DNA of 64,000 bases from Candidatus Woesearchaeota archaeon (GCA_964612685.1 CAZTCF010000001.1:83399-147398); one strand, 5' to 3'; shown: positions 28,583 through 39,182, numbered from the stretch's first letter. Translations and numbers: made by a program. The notes: generated by a model from the letters alone, not told the origin.

Positions 28583-29404
28583 ATGGAAAATATATGTGTT
28601 TCAGTTGGAACGGGTATTGGAGGTCAAAAAGAAATAATTAATTCTTTAGCGAGAGCAGGATACAAAGTTGAGTCTGCAGTTGAACAATGGCCAAGAGATA
28701 CTTGGGTTCATTTTAATGGAAAATATATAGAAAGGGGAAGTATTGGGACTGATGGAAATGTCTTTGGAGATGGGGGAAATGTTCATGTTGGGAAAGATTT
28801 TGTGATGGTTTCGGATAATGCAGTTTATTATCAAGATATAACAAGAAAATTAAAGGAAACTTTTTCCGGAGTTAATTTTGATAATCTTCTTGAGAAACAT
28901 AATTTTGTGGGTAAAAATTATGACCTTTTTTCAGATTTAATTTCTGAATATGGTAAACAATTTTTTGGATCAAGAGTTCATCTTGCTCCTACAGGATATT
29001 ATCAAGGCAAAATGGGTAATACACATATTGATTTATTTACTCTTTTACTTCCTAAATCAAAAATATTAATTTTTGATAAATTCTTTGGAAATGATGCTAA
29101 CTCAAAAAACCATTATAATCTAATTTCAGAAAAAGAAAATTTAGAATTTATCGAATATGATGGAGAACAGGACGGGGTTTGGTTTCCCCTGAATTCACTT
29201 GTTGTTCCTAAAAATGGAAACGATGTTGCTGTAATTGACAATGCTTCAGTTTCATTGAAGAAACTTTTAAATAAAAAAGGTATAGAAACTATTTGTGTTG
29301 ATATGCCTCAGATAAAATATCCTGCTGGGAAAATTAATTGTCAGACTAATACCTATGACCTGAATGATAAAAAAGTTATAAGAAAGATAGAGAATTCTTT
29401 GTGA
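28583..29404 (+). CDS. Hypothetical protein, possibly of the guanidino-group-modifying (amidinotransferase/agmatine deiminase-like) fold
   Basis: Weak cues only: QWPRDTW near the N-terminus and a C-terminal GKINCQTN that could hold the catalytic Cys. Confidence 0.25.
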   Translation: MENICVSVGTGIGGQKEIINSLARAGYKVESAVEQWPRDTWVHFNGKYIERGSIGTDGNVFGDGGNVHVGKDFVMVSDNAVYYQDITRKLKETFSGVNFDNLLEKHNFVGKNYDLFSDLISEYGKQFFGSRVHLAPTGYYQGKMGNTHIDLFTLLLPKSKILIFDKFFGNDANSKNHYNLISEKENLEFIEYDGEQDGVWFPLNSLVVPKNGNDVAVIDNASVSLKKLLNKKGIETICVDMPQIKYPAGKINCQTNTYDLNDKKVIRKIENSL

Positions 29405-29422
29405 TCAACTTAATATCAAAGA

Positions 29423-30310
29423 TTAATCTCTACTTGTTGTTATTGTTTTTTTTCCGTTTTCTTCTATAAGTATTGTATCTTCTGCTTGCGAAACAATTCC
29501 TTTTTCAACTTCAATTAGCTGAGGATACTGATGGAGGTTTCCATTTTGTTCTAATTGATTAAGTGAGACTAATACCTTTGTACCAAACTTTTTTACAAGC
29601 CAACGGGAACAAAAGGGCAATTCTACATATTCTTCTGCAATATATTCCAGTATCTCTCTCGCATTTGGGTTTCTTATATTTTTGTAATCAATTAAAGAAT
29701 AGATTCCTGATGGCTTACCATCTTTGACTTTTCCTGCACCGTTTGTTGCAAAAGGTTCAATTGCATATAATCCTGGGGTTATTTCTGTTTCTCTTTTATC
29801 ATTAATATTCGGGATACTTATTCCTGCATGAAGGTTATATTGTTCTATTTGGTGTCCTGAAAGATTTATTATAGGAGAAAAACCATATGATTCGATTGTT
29901 TCTTGAATAGTTTTACCTATTTTATTTGTTTGAATTTCTTTTTCAATTATCTTTTTTGCATTTTCAAGGGCTTTTTTTGAAGCCTCAATTAATTTTTTGT
30001 TTTGCTCAGAGTTTTCTAAATCTAATGAGAAGGAAGTGTCTGAGATGTATCCATCTACTTGTACTCCCAAATCAACTTTAATTAATCCATGTGCAAGAGT
30101 CTCGTCATTATAAGAGGGGGTTGAGTGAGCTGCAATTTCATTTATAGATAAATTTGTTGGGAAAGCAGGTTTTCCCCCTAATTCTATTATTTTAGATTCA
30201 ATTTTTTCTGCAATTTCCAATAATGAAACTCCTTTTTTTACAAAGGGTGCGATATATTCTTTTACTTCTTGTGCTATCTTTCCCGCTAGAATTATTTCCT
30301 TGTTTCCCAT
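29423..30310 (-). CDS. map: Methionine aminopeptidase, type 2
   Basis: Blocks AAHSTPSYND, DLGVQVDGYISDTSFS, GHQIEQYNLHAG, AIEPFATNGAG and QAEDTILI. Confidence 0.85.
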   Translation of the reverse strand: MGNKEIILAGKIAQEVKEYIAPFVKKGVSLLEIAEKIESKIIELGGKPAFPTNLSINEIAAHSTPSYNDETLAHGLIKVDLGVQVDGYISDTSFSLDLENSEQNKKLIEASKKALENAKKIIEKEIQTNKIGKTIQETIESYGFSPIINLSGHQIEQYNLHAGISIPNINDKRETEITPGLYAIEPFATNGAGKVKDGKPSGIYSLIDYKNIRNPNAREILEYIAEEYVELPFCSRWLVKKFGTKVLVSLNQLEQNGNLHQYPQLIEVEKGIVSQAEDTILIEENGKKTITTSRD

Positions 30311-30531
30311 TTTTTTCTTAATCTTTTAGTCTTTTTCTTATATAACCACCTATTTATCCAATAAGCAATACCTACTATTATGTATAAAGCTAATAAATAA
30401 ATTCCAATTGTGTATTTTATAACATTCCCCACAATTCCCGGTTCTTCTAATAATTTTATAAACCAGAAGGCAGACCAAAGAAAAACAAGTATTCCAGAAG
30501 TTACCCAAAGTATTTTTACAGTTTTGTTCAT
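30292..30531 (-). CDS. Small two-TM membrane protein
   Basis: 79 aa with two hydrophobic helices and a basic tail. Its stop overlaps the map start region. Confidence 0.4.
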   Translation of the reverse strand: MNKTVKILWVTSGILVFLWSAFWFIKLLEEPGIVGNVIKYTIGIYLLALYIIVGIAYWINRWLYKKKTKRLRKKWETRK

Positions 30532-30584
30532 AAATGTATTACAGAAGAGTTAGTTTAATTAATTTTCTTTTGAGAGGTTTAGTT

Positions 30585-33059
30585 TTAGAAATCGCTTAGT
30601 TTCTTTTGATTCTTTTTATTTATTAAATCTTTTATATTTATATTAAATACTTGAAATATATTTTCAACAGCAGGTAGAATTTGTCTTTCAAGATAATATT
30701 CAATATTATATTCTCCCTCCTCATTTGGAAGCTTAACCTTTTCTCTTACTAGCTTGGATTTTTTATTGGGTATTTCTGCTATGTAATACTCAATAAGGTT
30801 TCCTTCATTAACTACAATTGAAAGTTCTTTCATTTTCTTTGCAGCTATGACGTGTGGGGAAATAGATTTATATTCTGAGATTGATTTTTTTAATTGGGTT
30901 CTTATTATTAAATCTTTTTTTGGTATTTTTCTTTCTTTTAATTTTTTTATTATTTCTTTAATGTAGATTATTGCTTGTTTTTCGTTACCCTCTTTCAAAA
31001 CCATTCTTATTATCTTATCTTGTACTTCTCTGGCAAGATCGCACCAATCTCTTCTTACTGTCTCAAATCCTCTTATTTTTATTTTCCCTTGTTCATCCAT
31101 TAAAGCATATTTCTTTTTTGCCCCGAAGTCTCCCGTTCTTTTTGTAACCCATAAACCTCTCTCGAAAAATCCTTCTAAATCTAATTCCATTATCCCTGGA
31201 AGTTCTTTGTTTATTTTATCTAGAAGTTCAAGTGCTTGTTTTTTCGTTTTATTTTTAAGGGTTACCGCTATCGAATCTGTATCTGAATAAACGGGTTTGA
31301 ATCCATTGTCTTGGAATATTTTAATTGCCTTTTGTATATTCTCTCTTGCAAAGTAAGCTGTTGAAGATGCTGCTTCTATTGAATAATATCTTGCACCAAA
31401 AAATCCTTGGTATCCATATGCAGCATTTGCAATCAATTTGAAAGCATTACTTCTTGCTTTTAATATCGGAGTAGGATTTTTGTTGTATTCTTCTTTTAAC
31501 TTTCTTCTTCTCATAATTATTTCTTTTAATAATTCTGGTACGAATCCTGTTTCCTTTGAAAAATAAACTTTTTCTTTTTGATATTCTCCTGCGTAGGAAT
31601 TCTTTTCTTCTTCTGTTCTAGTTGATTTAGATAGGTTGTAGGTAACAATGATGCTCCCATACATGCTTGAGAAATCAAAAAATCCTATTTTTTCATACAA
31701 ACCGGGTTCTGGTTGGAAAACGAATGCCCCCTGGTACTTTTCTCTATCTCTTCTTTGAGAAATTTCTGGATTGTAAGGTTTTTTTTCGGGTATTTCATTG
31801 AATTTATCTAGATTATGAAGGATATAATCCTCGAAGTTGCTTGCCATTGTGCTTCTTGAAACATTAAATAGGGGTTCTTTTGTTATCTTGGTTATCTCAT
31901 CTAAATCTGTCCAGGCTTTTTCTAATAATCTATATGTTAATTCAGAATCTTTTAGGTTATACTCATAAAATTTTTCCCAGTCTACTTTATTTTTTTTTGA
32001 TTCTTCTATTGGGCTTAGTTCTATTTTACCTTCTCCAAGAAGTTCATTGGATACCTCATTCAAAGAGAGAGTTTCAGATTGAAGGTATTGAGAGTAAGCA
32101 TTTTTTATAAAACGAAGCAAGTCTATATGTACAATTCCTTTTATTTTTCCCGTTAAAAATGTTCCTCTAGAAAATGTGGGTTGGGAGTTGTCTATCCCAA
32201 GATTTAATTTTAATTTTAGTTTTTCTGCACGAGATTTTATATAAGGTAAATCAAATCCATCTGAGAAATATCCTGTTAATATATCCGGAGAGTATTCTTT
32301 TATGTATCTTACAAATCCCTCTAACATTTCTTTTTCATCTTTAAATTTATCAATAATATCTTTCTTTGAGATATTTTTGTCTTCTCCTTTCCAAGTTAAA
32401 ACTTTCTTAAAATCTTTACCATATAAAGAGATCATCAATATCTCTCCCTTTCCAATTTCTAATTCGTTAGCCTCAATATCATAAGCAAGTGTCTTTGGTA
32501 TGAAATTCTTATTGCCTTTTTCTTGTATTTTTTTAATTGATTTTAACTCTATACAAAAATCTACATCAAGATTTGAATCAATTCCTCCAAATTTATTGGA
32601 GTTGTGAAGCATTTCTCCTTCAAGTTCATACCACTCTAAAGGATTTATCTTCTTTTCAATGATATAGTGTGTTATAAATCCTAGATCATATCCCCTTCTT
32701 TTATCAATTTCTTTGAAATCTAGTTTGTCTGCCAAATCATGTAAATCTTTGTAATTTGTTGAGAATATTTTTAAGGCTTCTACTTTTTTTCCAAGAAAGT
32801 TCTTTTCGTGTATTTCAACCTTCTCAACCTTGGTTTTCCTCCCATTCTCATCTAATTTTATTTTATTTATCTTTTCTATTAATTCTGTTGTCTCTTTCTT
32901 GCTCAATTTTTCTTTGAGTATTGCCCAGAGGTATATTGGACAGGTGTCAATTATGCATATCTTCTTCCCTTTTTCATCTCTTCCGAAAATCTGAATGTAA
33001 TTTCTTTCATTGTAATCAAAAGTTTGATAATCTAATGGAATTATGGTTGCTTTCATCAA
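30585..33059 (-). CDS. polB: Family B DNA polymerase
   Basis: Exo I AYDIEA, Pol motif A DFSSMYGSII, motif B KLIANAAYGY, motif C VYSDTDS. Confidence 0.9.
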   Translation of the reverse strand: MMKATIIPLDYQTFDYNERNYIQIFGRDEKGKKICIIDTCPIYLWAILKEKLSKKETTELIEKINKIKLDENGRKTKVEKVEIHEKNFLGKKVEALKIFSTNYKDLHDLADKLDFKEIDKRRGYDLGFITHYIIEKKINPLEWYELEGEMLHNSNKFGGIDSNLDVDFCIELKSIKKIQEKGNKNFIPKTLAYDIEANELEIGKGEILMISLYGKDFKKVLTWKGEDKNISKKDIIDKFKDEKEMLEGFVRYIKEYSPDILTGYFSDGFDLPYIKSRAEKLKLKLNLGIDNSQPTFSRGTFLTGKIKGIVHIDLLRFIKNAYSQYLQSETLSLNEVSNELLGEGKIELSPIEESKKNKVDWEKFYEYNLKDSELTYRLLEKAWTDLDEITKITKEPLFNVSRSTMASNFEDYILHNLDKFNEIPEKKPYNPEISQRRDREKYQGAFVFQPEPGLYEKIGFFDFSSMYGSIIVTYNLSKSTRTEEEKNSYAGEYQKEKVYFSKETGFVPELLKEIIMRRRKLKEEYNKNPTPILKARSNAFKLIANAAYGYQGFFGARYYSIEAASSTAYFARENIQKAIKIFQDNGFKPVYSDTDSIAVTLKNKTKKQALELLDKINKELPGIMELDLEGFFERGLWVTKRTGDFGAKKKYALMDEQGKIKIRGFETVRRDWCDLAREVQDKIIRMVLKEGNEKQAIIYIKEIIKKLKERKIPKKDLIIRTQLKKSISEYKSISPHVIAAKKMKELSIVVNEGNLIEYYIAEIPNKKSKLVREKVKLPNEEGEYNIEYYLERQILPAVENIFQVFNINIKDLINKKNQKKLSDF

Positions 33060-33097
33060 ACTAATATATTATTTTAACTATAAAAAACTTCTTTAAA

Positions 33098-33532
33098 CTA
33101 TAACTTCATAAAAAATTCAAAATATTTATGTCCTTCATATTCTCCTAATTTATCTCTTTTTTTGAATCCACATTTGGTGTAAAATGTATCGAGGTTGTAA
33201 TCTATAAATGAACCTACAGTTAATAGCTCTGCCTTTGTGTTAATTGCATTTTCTTTTGCAAATTCTATTAATTTTTTTCCTAAGCTTTTTCCATGCACTT
33301 CTTTATTAATTGCTATTGTGAGGATGTGATGTTCTTTTTTATATTTTTTAATATTGATTGCTCCCAAAGTTGAGTCTTCATCTATTAGGATGTAATAGTT
33401 CCCTTTTTTTATCTCTGAAGATATCCATTTTTCACTATCCCAATAAAAATTAGGAATAGCCAAATTAAATTGCTTATTTAGCAGGATTATTTCTTGTAAA
33501 TCTTTCATTTTTGCTTTGATAATTTTTTTCAT
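33098..33532 (-). CDS. GNAT-family N-acetyltransferase
   Basis: 144 aa. Acetyl-CoA binding block HGKSLGKKLIEFAKENA and the FYTKCGF tail. Confidence 0.7.
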   Translation of the reverse strand: MKKIIKAKMKDLQEIILLNKQFNLAIPNFYWDSEKWISSEIKKGNYYILIDEDSTLGAINIKKYKKEHHILTIAINKEVHGKSLGKKLIEFAKENAINTKAELLTVGSFIDYNLDTFYTKCGFKKRDKLGEYEGHKYFEFFMKL

Positions 33533-33634
33533 ACTTTTGAAGATATGTAATAGTATTTAAATTATTCTATATGTTACTACTTATAAGATACAATATATAG
33601 AAAGATTTATAAATAAAAAGGGCTTTAATAAATA

Positions 33635-34072
33635 ATGAAAAATAAGAGCATGTTAGAGCGAGAAATTGAACATCTTAATCCTGATGGTAGTCGTAAGAAA
33701 CCTCTTCCGGGGTGGCCTTCTCGGGAGAATATTGATAAGGCATACGAGACTTTTGAAAAATTTAATAAAAAGTTATCTAATGACAATTCAGTAATTTATT
33801 TTTCACATTTAGTTCCATACATTAAAGAACATCTTAAAAAAATTGGGAGTTTGTCGGGAGTTATTAAGTATGGCTCTCCAAGACACTATCATGAGGGAGA
33901 ATATCTTGTTGAAAATTCCTATAATTTTCTAGGAAAAGATGTTAAAGGTAGCATAAAATTAGGTAAAGAGGATTTTTCAAATTTAAAATCTTTAGTTTTT
34001 GAGGATTTTGTTTCTTATTTCCCAAATAATACTGTTCAGGATCTTGGAGATGGAAACGTAATCCTTAGATAA
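33635..34072 (+). CDS. Hypothetical protein
   Basis: 145-aa intact ORF with no motif recognised. Confidence 0.4.
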   Translation: MKNKSMLEREIEHLNPDGSRKKPLPGWPSRENIDKAYETFEKFNKKLSNDNSVIYFSHLVPYIKEHLKKIGSLSGVIKYGSPRHYHEGEYLVENSYNFLGKDVKGSIKLGKEDFSNLKSLVFEDFVSYFPNNTVQDLGDGNVILR

Positions 34073-34108
34073 ATATTTATATTTCTTGTACATCTCATCT
34101 TGAATAAA

Positions 34109-35149
34109 ATGGGATTAAATATCCGTGATATAATACCAAGAAGAGAACTTGAACCTGGAGAACTCCAGGATAAAACTCTTTGTGTGGATGCATTTAATGC
34201 ACTTTATCAATTTTTGTCTTCCATTAGGCAGCCAGATGGAACCCCCCTAATGGATAATAAAAAAAGAATTACTAGTCATCTTTCTGGAATTTTTTATAGA
34301 AATATTAATCTTTTAGAGGAAGGTATGAAGCTTGTTTATGTTTTTGATGGGAGAGCTCCAGATTTAAAGGAGAAAATATACAAAAAAAGAAGCGAGGCGA
34401 GAGATACTGCCAGAGAAAGATATGAAGTTGCAAAAGACGAATCGGATTTAGAGGGTATGAAAAGATATAGCTCTCAATTGTTGAGGCTTGATGATCAGAT
34501 GATTAGTGAGAGCAAAGAGTTGCTTATTGCCATGGGAATTCCAGTTATTCAGGCTCCCTCAGAGGGAGAAGCACAGGCTGCTCAGATGGCAAGAACAAAC
34601 ACCAAAATCTATGCTTCAGTGAGTCAGGATTATGATAGTCTTCTTTTTGGGGCTTCTAGATTAATAAGGAATTTAACTGTTTCAAGAAAGAGAAAAACAT
34701 ACAATGGATATGTTGAAATAAAGCCAGAGATTATTGAACTTGAAAGAGTATTCAATTTATTGGAGATAAATCTTGAACAATTAATTTGCTTAGGTATTCT
34801 TGTTGGAACAGATTACAATCCAAAAGGTATTCCGAGAATAGGGCAAAAGAAAGCTTTAGACATTGTTAAAAAATACAAGGTTCCTTATGAAATCTTTAAA
34901 AGTGTTGAGGAGCAGATATTGGGTTTGCCTGAAGAAGATAGATTTAATTGGCAAGAGATATTCGCTTTATTTTATAAACCAAACGTTCTGAATCAGGATT
35001 TTGAGTTTAATCCTTTTGATGAAGATAAAATAAAAGAAATTCTTGTGGATAGGCATGATTTTTCTCAAGAAAGGGTACAAAGACAGATAGACAGATTAAA
35101 GGAATTAAAAAGAAAAAATCAACAGAAAAGCTTAGGTAGGTGGTTTTGA
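34109..35149 (+). CDS. fen: Flap endonuclease 1
   Basis: The ATG at 34109 gives MGLNIRDIIP...CVDAFNALYQFL. XPG-N and XPG-I blocks (VFDG, PSEGEAQAA, SQDYDSLLFG). C-terminal basic PIP-like tail QKSLGRWF. Confidence 0.9.
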   Translation: MGLNIRDIIPRRELEPGELQDKTLCVDAFNALYQFLSSIRQPDGTPLMDNKKRITSHLSGIFYRNINLLEEGMKLVYVFDGRAPDLKEKIYKKRSEARDTARERYEVAKDESDLEGMKRYSSQLLRLDDQMISESKELLIAMGIPVIQAPSEGEAQAAQMARTNTKIYASVSQDYDSLLFGASRLIRNLTVSRKRKTYNGYVEIKPEIIELERVFNLLEINLEQLICLGILVGTDYNPKGIPRIGQKKALDIVKKYKVPYEIFKSVEEQILGLPEEDRFNWQEIFALFYKPNVLNQDFEFNPFDEDKIKEILVDRHDFSQERVQRQIDRLKELKRKNQQKSLGRWF

Positions 35150-35230
35150 TTAATTATGTTTAGATATTGTTACTTTTAACAAATGGTAACAAATAGAAAG
35201 ATTTATAAATAAAGAGTTCTCTAGAAAAGT

Positions 35231-35656
35231 ATGTCAGAAAAATCAGATTTAGATAATAAATTGCTAAGAAAATCTTTAGTTTATGGAGCAAACTATCTAT
35301 CCAGAATAGTTGGAAATTTATGTCAATATGGTCTTGAAAAAGTTCCAGATGAAGGAGGGTTGAATCTTGGGTATCCTGGTGCTGCATTAGGATTTGCTGC
35401 CTTGGATGTAATTGCAGAAAACTTGGATCCAGTTAAACAGAGCGGATACTATAAGTTGGCTAAGATTGGGGGGGCTGCTACATTTTCAGCTTTGGCATTA
35501 TCTAATCTTGTTGGTGCAATTAAAGGAGATTATGAAGGAATAAAAAATCTTCCATTTAATTTATCTATGGCAGCAAGTTTAGGATATGATTTGAAAGAAC
35601 CTGGAAAAGATTTCCTGAAAAAGTGGGACTGGACTTTTGGGTTGAATAAAAAATAG
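35231..35656 (+). CDS. Hypothetical protein with Gly/Ala-rich hydrophobic segments
   Basis: 141-aa ORF with no motif recognised. Confidence 0.35.
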   Translation: MSEKSDLDNKLLRKSLVYGANYLSRIVGNLCQYGLEKVPDEGGLNLGYPGAALGFAALDVIAENLDPVKQSGYYKLAKIGGAATFSALALSNLVGAIKGDYEGIKNLPFNLSMAASLGYDLKEPGKDFLKKWDWTFGLNKK

Positions 35657-35668
35657 AAATTCTAGAAT

Positions 35669-36346
35669 TTATACTATTCCATATCTATTGAAAATATTTG
35701 TCATATCTCCCTGACTCACACCTAATGTTTGGCATATTGCAGCTTCACTATTTCCCCAATTCCTATTATTTTTGAGGTAATTTATAAAATATGTATATCC
35801 TCCAACAAACTTTGGATTTGATTGTCTTTTTGCCCATCTTCTAAACTTCTTTGCAGCTCTTATCAGTTCGTTTCTTCTATCTGGAGGATTTACGTTCCCC
35901 CCTTGACCCATACTTCCTTTTTTTTTACGTCTAATCCAAAGGATGAATCCTAATATTACAAGAGCTATTCCCAATATAAGCACAACTGCTTTTTCATAAA
36001 CGAAGAAACTTGCTATTATTAGTAGTCCTCCAACAATCATAAGTGCTCTTGATATTCCCAGTTTCCAAGTTATCCAAATTAAACCTATGAGAATGATAAA
36101 TGGAATTACCCCATATATAATTCCGTCTCCTATCCCTATATTATAAAAAATTCCACTTATATCAAAATTTGTTCTGTTAAGACCGTAAACAGCAAGAAGA
36201 GCAACACAGAATGCTATTATATTTGAAGACATTTTATCTCTTAAACTTCTTCCAAGTAAGAGTTGTATAAGTACAAAGAAGATTATAAACAATAATCCTA
36301 AAATCATAGTATTAGGATCTATATTATAAAGCACCTCTCTCAACAT
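35669..36346 (-). CDS. Polytopic membrane protein with a basic cytoplasmic tail
   Basis: About 5 TM helices, then a ~85-aa soluble C-terminus. Confidence 0.45.
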   Translation of the reverse strand: MLREVLYNIDPNTMILGLLFIIFFVLIQLLLGRSLRDKMSSNIIAFCVALLAVYGLNRTNFDISGIFYNIGIGDGIIYGVIPFIILIGLIWITWKLGISRALMIVGGLLIIASFFVYEKAVVLILGIALVILGFILWIRRKKKGSMGQGGNVNPPDRRNELIRAAKKFRRWAKRQSNPKFVGGYTYFINYLKNNRNWGNSEAAICQTLGVSQGDMTNIFNRYGIV

Positions 36347-36429
36347 GTTTTTTGGGAAGTATTTCTAGTTTATAAATTTATTTTTTTAATTTTAGGAAGA
36401 TTTAAAATGTTTTTTTGATTTTGTTGTTT

Positions 36430-37218
36430 ATGAAAATTCATCGTTCTTTTAATGTGCTTGGTAATGTTGCAGTGGTTAACTTTTCTGATGGAACAAAAAC
36501 ATCGGATAAGAAAAAATTTGCTGAAGAAATTATGAAAAATAATAACAATATTAAGACTGTTTTAGAAAAATCTGGAAGGTTTTCTGGAAGATTAAGGAAA
36601 ATGGAAACAAAACATCTTGCAGGAGAGAAAAACAAGGAAGTTTTGTACAAAGAAAATAATTGTTCTTTTAGATTTAATATTGATACAACTTATTTCTCAC
36701 CAAGATTAAGTAATGAAAGAAAAGAAGTTGCTTCTTTTATAAAAAAAGATTCAAGTGTTTTAGTTATGTTTGCAGGAGTTGCTCCATTTTCTATTGTTGT
36801 TGCAAAGAATTCTAATCCAAAGGAAGTTTATTCAAATGAAATAAATAGGGAGGCAAACACATATGCTCAATTAAATGCGGAATTAAATGGGGTCAAGAAT
36901 AAGATAAAATTTGTTAATGGAGATATAAAAAGAATTGCACTTAAATTAAAAGAGCAAAGTAAAAGATTTGATTTTATTTTAATGCCTAGACCTAATTTAA
37001 AGGAGAGCTTTTTGGAACAGGCATTTATGTTGAGTAAGAAAGGAACTAAAATTTATTATTATGATTTTTGCAAGGTTGATGAAACAAATTTAATTGTTGA
37101 TAAAATAAAAGAACAGGCTGTTAAGTTCAAGAAGAAAATAAAGATATTAAACGTTAAACCTGCAGGAGAGACTGCTCCATATAAAATACGTGTTAGAGTT
37201 GATTTTGAGGTGTTATAA
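36430..37218 (+). CDS. trm5: tRNA (guanine37-N1)-methyltransferase Trm5/Taw-like (Met-10 family)
   Basis: LGNVAVVNF, FSPRLSNER, and the SAM-binding VLVMFAGVAPFSI. The ATG at 36430 is preferred over the TTG at 36415. Confidence 0.7.
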   Translation: MKIHRSFNVLGNVAVVNFSDGTKTSDKKKFAEEIMKNNNNIKTVLEKSGRFSGRLRKMETKHLAGEKNKEVLYKENNCSFRFNIDTTYFSPRLSNERKEVASFIKKDSSVLVMFAGVAPFSIVVAKNSNPKEVYSNEINREANTYAQLNAELNGVKNKIKFVNGDIKRIALKLKEQSKRFDFILMPRPNLKESFLEQAFMLSKKGTKIYYYDFCKVDETNLIVDKIKEQAVKFKKKIKILNVKPAGETAPYKIRVRVDFEVL

Positions 37219-37837
37219 CGATTTTGAAACCTTTTCCGTTTCTTTTTTTATACTCCTCAAAATTTTGTATATCGTTATCGTTATTTAATCTACTAATATT
37301 TTTTTCTAAAGAAAATCCATTAAATTTTTCTTTTATTAACTCCTGCAAACTTCTATATCCAAAAGTTTCATATAAGGGTTTGTCTGGGTCTATGTGTTTT
37401 CCATTTATTTTTGTTATAGATGACCTCGGGATATCTCCTCTTCCAGTGTATCCTCCTTTTAAGATATAAACTTCATTTTCTTTTTTATAATCAATTCCCC
37501 ATTTTTCTTTGTTATATAAGAAGTCAATTCCAAAATGTAATCTATAATCAAAATCTTTAATTACTTTTTTTGATTTATCAAAGTTAAAATCTTTTGAGGG
37601 AGAATGTTCTTCAATAATCAAATCATGTTCAATTCCTTTTAAGTTCATTAGGTGTGAGGATACCAGAGTTAAATCTAGACAAGGGTTCATAAATCCAGTT
37701 TCTCCACTTGATAATATTTGGTTTACTGAACGCCTTCCAAAATATCTATTTATTTCTTCGTTCGTCCAATATACTCGTTTTACTTTTTTGTTTACTTCTG
37801 AGATTATTGCTTCTGCCGTGTTAATTGCATTATCCAT
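37193..37837 (-). CDS. Hypothetical protein, possible transglutaminase-like Cys-His-Asp fold
   Basis: GFMNPCLDLTLVSSHLMNLKGI resembles the TGase-core Cys helix. A later LHFGIDF...KWGIDY could supply the His and Asp. It converges on and overlaps trm5 by 26 nt. Confidence 0.3.
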   Translation of the reverse strand: MDNAINTAEAIISEVNKKVKRVYWTNEEINRYFGRRSVNQILSSGETGFMNPCLDLTLVSSHLMNLKGIEHDLIIEEHSPSKDFNFDKSKKVIKDFDYRLHFGIDFLYNKEKWGIDYKKENEVYILKGGYTGRGDIPRSSITKINGKHIDPDKPLYETFGYRSLQELIKEKFNGFSLEKNISRLNNDNDIQNFEEYKKRNGKGFKIVITPQNQL

Positions 37838-37871
37838 TAAAAAATAGTATTATTTAGGTTTAAAAGAATTA

Positions 37872-39182
37872 CTATAGCTTCTTTTCAGCTTTTATTGCGG
37901 TTGGGGCTTCTCCCCCATGCCAGGTAAATCTTGGGCGCACACGCATTGAGTAGATTCTTTCTGAATTGTCATCAAGAACAATTGCAGAACCATTTAATGA
38001 GGGGAGGTCATCCATATATTGTTTTATACTTTCTAGAAGATAACTTTGCATTATTCTGTTTAGTGCTTCTAAATCTGTTGCAGAGGTTACTCTATGCGAT
38101 ATTACAATATCTGATTGAGTCATTACATCTTTGTGGATTTGTCCAGGTTGTTGTGTTGCGAGTACCAAAGATATTCCAGGTTGTCTACCCTCCCTTAATA
38201 ATTGGGTTAGGGCATCTGTTGCTATTGTTTTTCCTTCAAGAGGTAAAAATTCGTGTGCTTCATCTATAAATAACCATATTAGAGGAGTTTCTTTTTTTTC
38301 AGAATAAGAGGAGTATTCAAGTCCCTTTGAAACAGCCTTGATCTCTTCTTTTTTTCTTGCATCCATTCTTTGATTGAATAGTTTTCTTGAGATTAAACTA
38401 ATAACTAACGCTCTCACATTAAAGCTTCCGACTGAATTATATATGCTTAAATCAAGCACAGTCGTTACTCCTGCATTTACTAAATTAGTCACTTTTGTTG
38501 GGGTTATACCTTTTTTTGAAAATATTCCCCATGTATTTACAGCTTCGAATAAACCTGTAGCAGCGTTTTTTATTTCTCTATCTGTTTTTTCATCTTTCTC
38601 AATTTCTTTTATAATATCTTCTATATCAAAACTTTTTTTACTTCTTATTTTGCTTATTGTTCTTTCAATAAGGACTGCAACGGGGTTTATTATGTCCAAT
38701 CCAAAAGTTAGAATCCAATCTTCAGCATTCATTTCGCAGACATCTAATGCAAATTTTTCATCTGCAGGAATTCCTCTTCTTACATATTCGTCATAGAATC
38801 CATAGGGTATGAATACTTTTACTTTTAGGCTTCTTGGTTTCAAATCCCATTCATGAAGTAGTTCTTTATCTTTTTCATTTGGATATTTCATTGTCCAATA
38901 AATTCCCATTGTATCAAATATTAGTGATGCTATATTTTGGGAGACTTCTTTTGGCAAATTAGACAATTCTTCTGCAAGAACCCCTAAGGTGTAAGATTTT
39001 CCAGAACCCCGTTTTCCAGCAACCAATACAACATGGCTTCTTATAACATCCATAAACATCTTATTGCTTAGAGATGTATATTGTCCCATTTTTACATATC
39101 CTTTACCTATGTATGCTAATCCTTTGTTTGCAAAACCTTTTTTGTCTGAAGAATTTCTTCCAGTTATTATATCGTAGGGCAT
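37872..39182 (-). CDS. HerA/DUF87-like P-loop ATPase
   Basis: Walker A HVVLVAGKRGSGKSYTLG, Walker B LIWLFIDEAHEF, Arg-rich LLREGRQPGISLVLATQQP. Confidence 0.6.
   Translation of the reverse strand: MPYDIITGRNSSDKKGFANKGLAYIGKGYVKMGQYTSLSNKMFMDVIRSHVVLVAGKRGSGKSYTLGVLAEELSNLPKEVSQNIASLIFDTMGIYWTMKYPNEKDKELLHEWDLKPRSLKVKVFIPYGFYDEYVRRGIPADEKFALDVCEMNAEDWILTFGLDIINPVAVLIERTISKIRSKKSFDIEDIIKEIEKDEKTDREIKNAATGLFEAVNTWGIFSKKGITPTKVTNLVNAGVTTVLDLSIYNSVGSFNVRALVISLISRKLFNQRMDARKKEEIKAVSKGLEYSSYSEKKETPLIWLFIDEAHEFLPLEGKTIATDALTQLLREGRQPGISLVLATQQPGQIHKDVMTQSDIVISHRVTSATDLEALNRIMQSYLLESIKQYMDDLPSLNGSAIVLDDNSERIYSMRVRPRFTWHGGEAPTAIKAEKKL

Noticed and set aside
35177-35198. Short inverted repeat gttac-n12-gtaac upstream of 35231
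   Set aside because: It has only 5-bp arms in AT-rich sequence, which is expected by chance.
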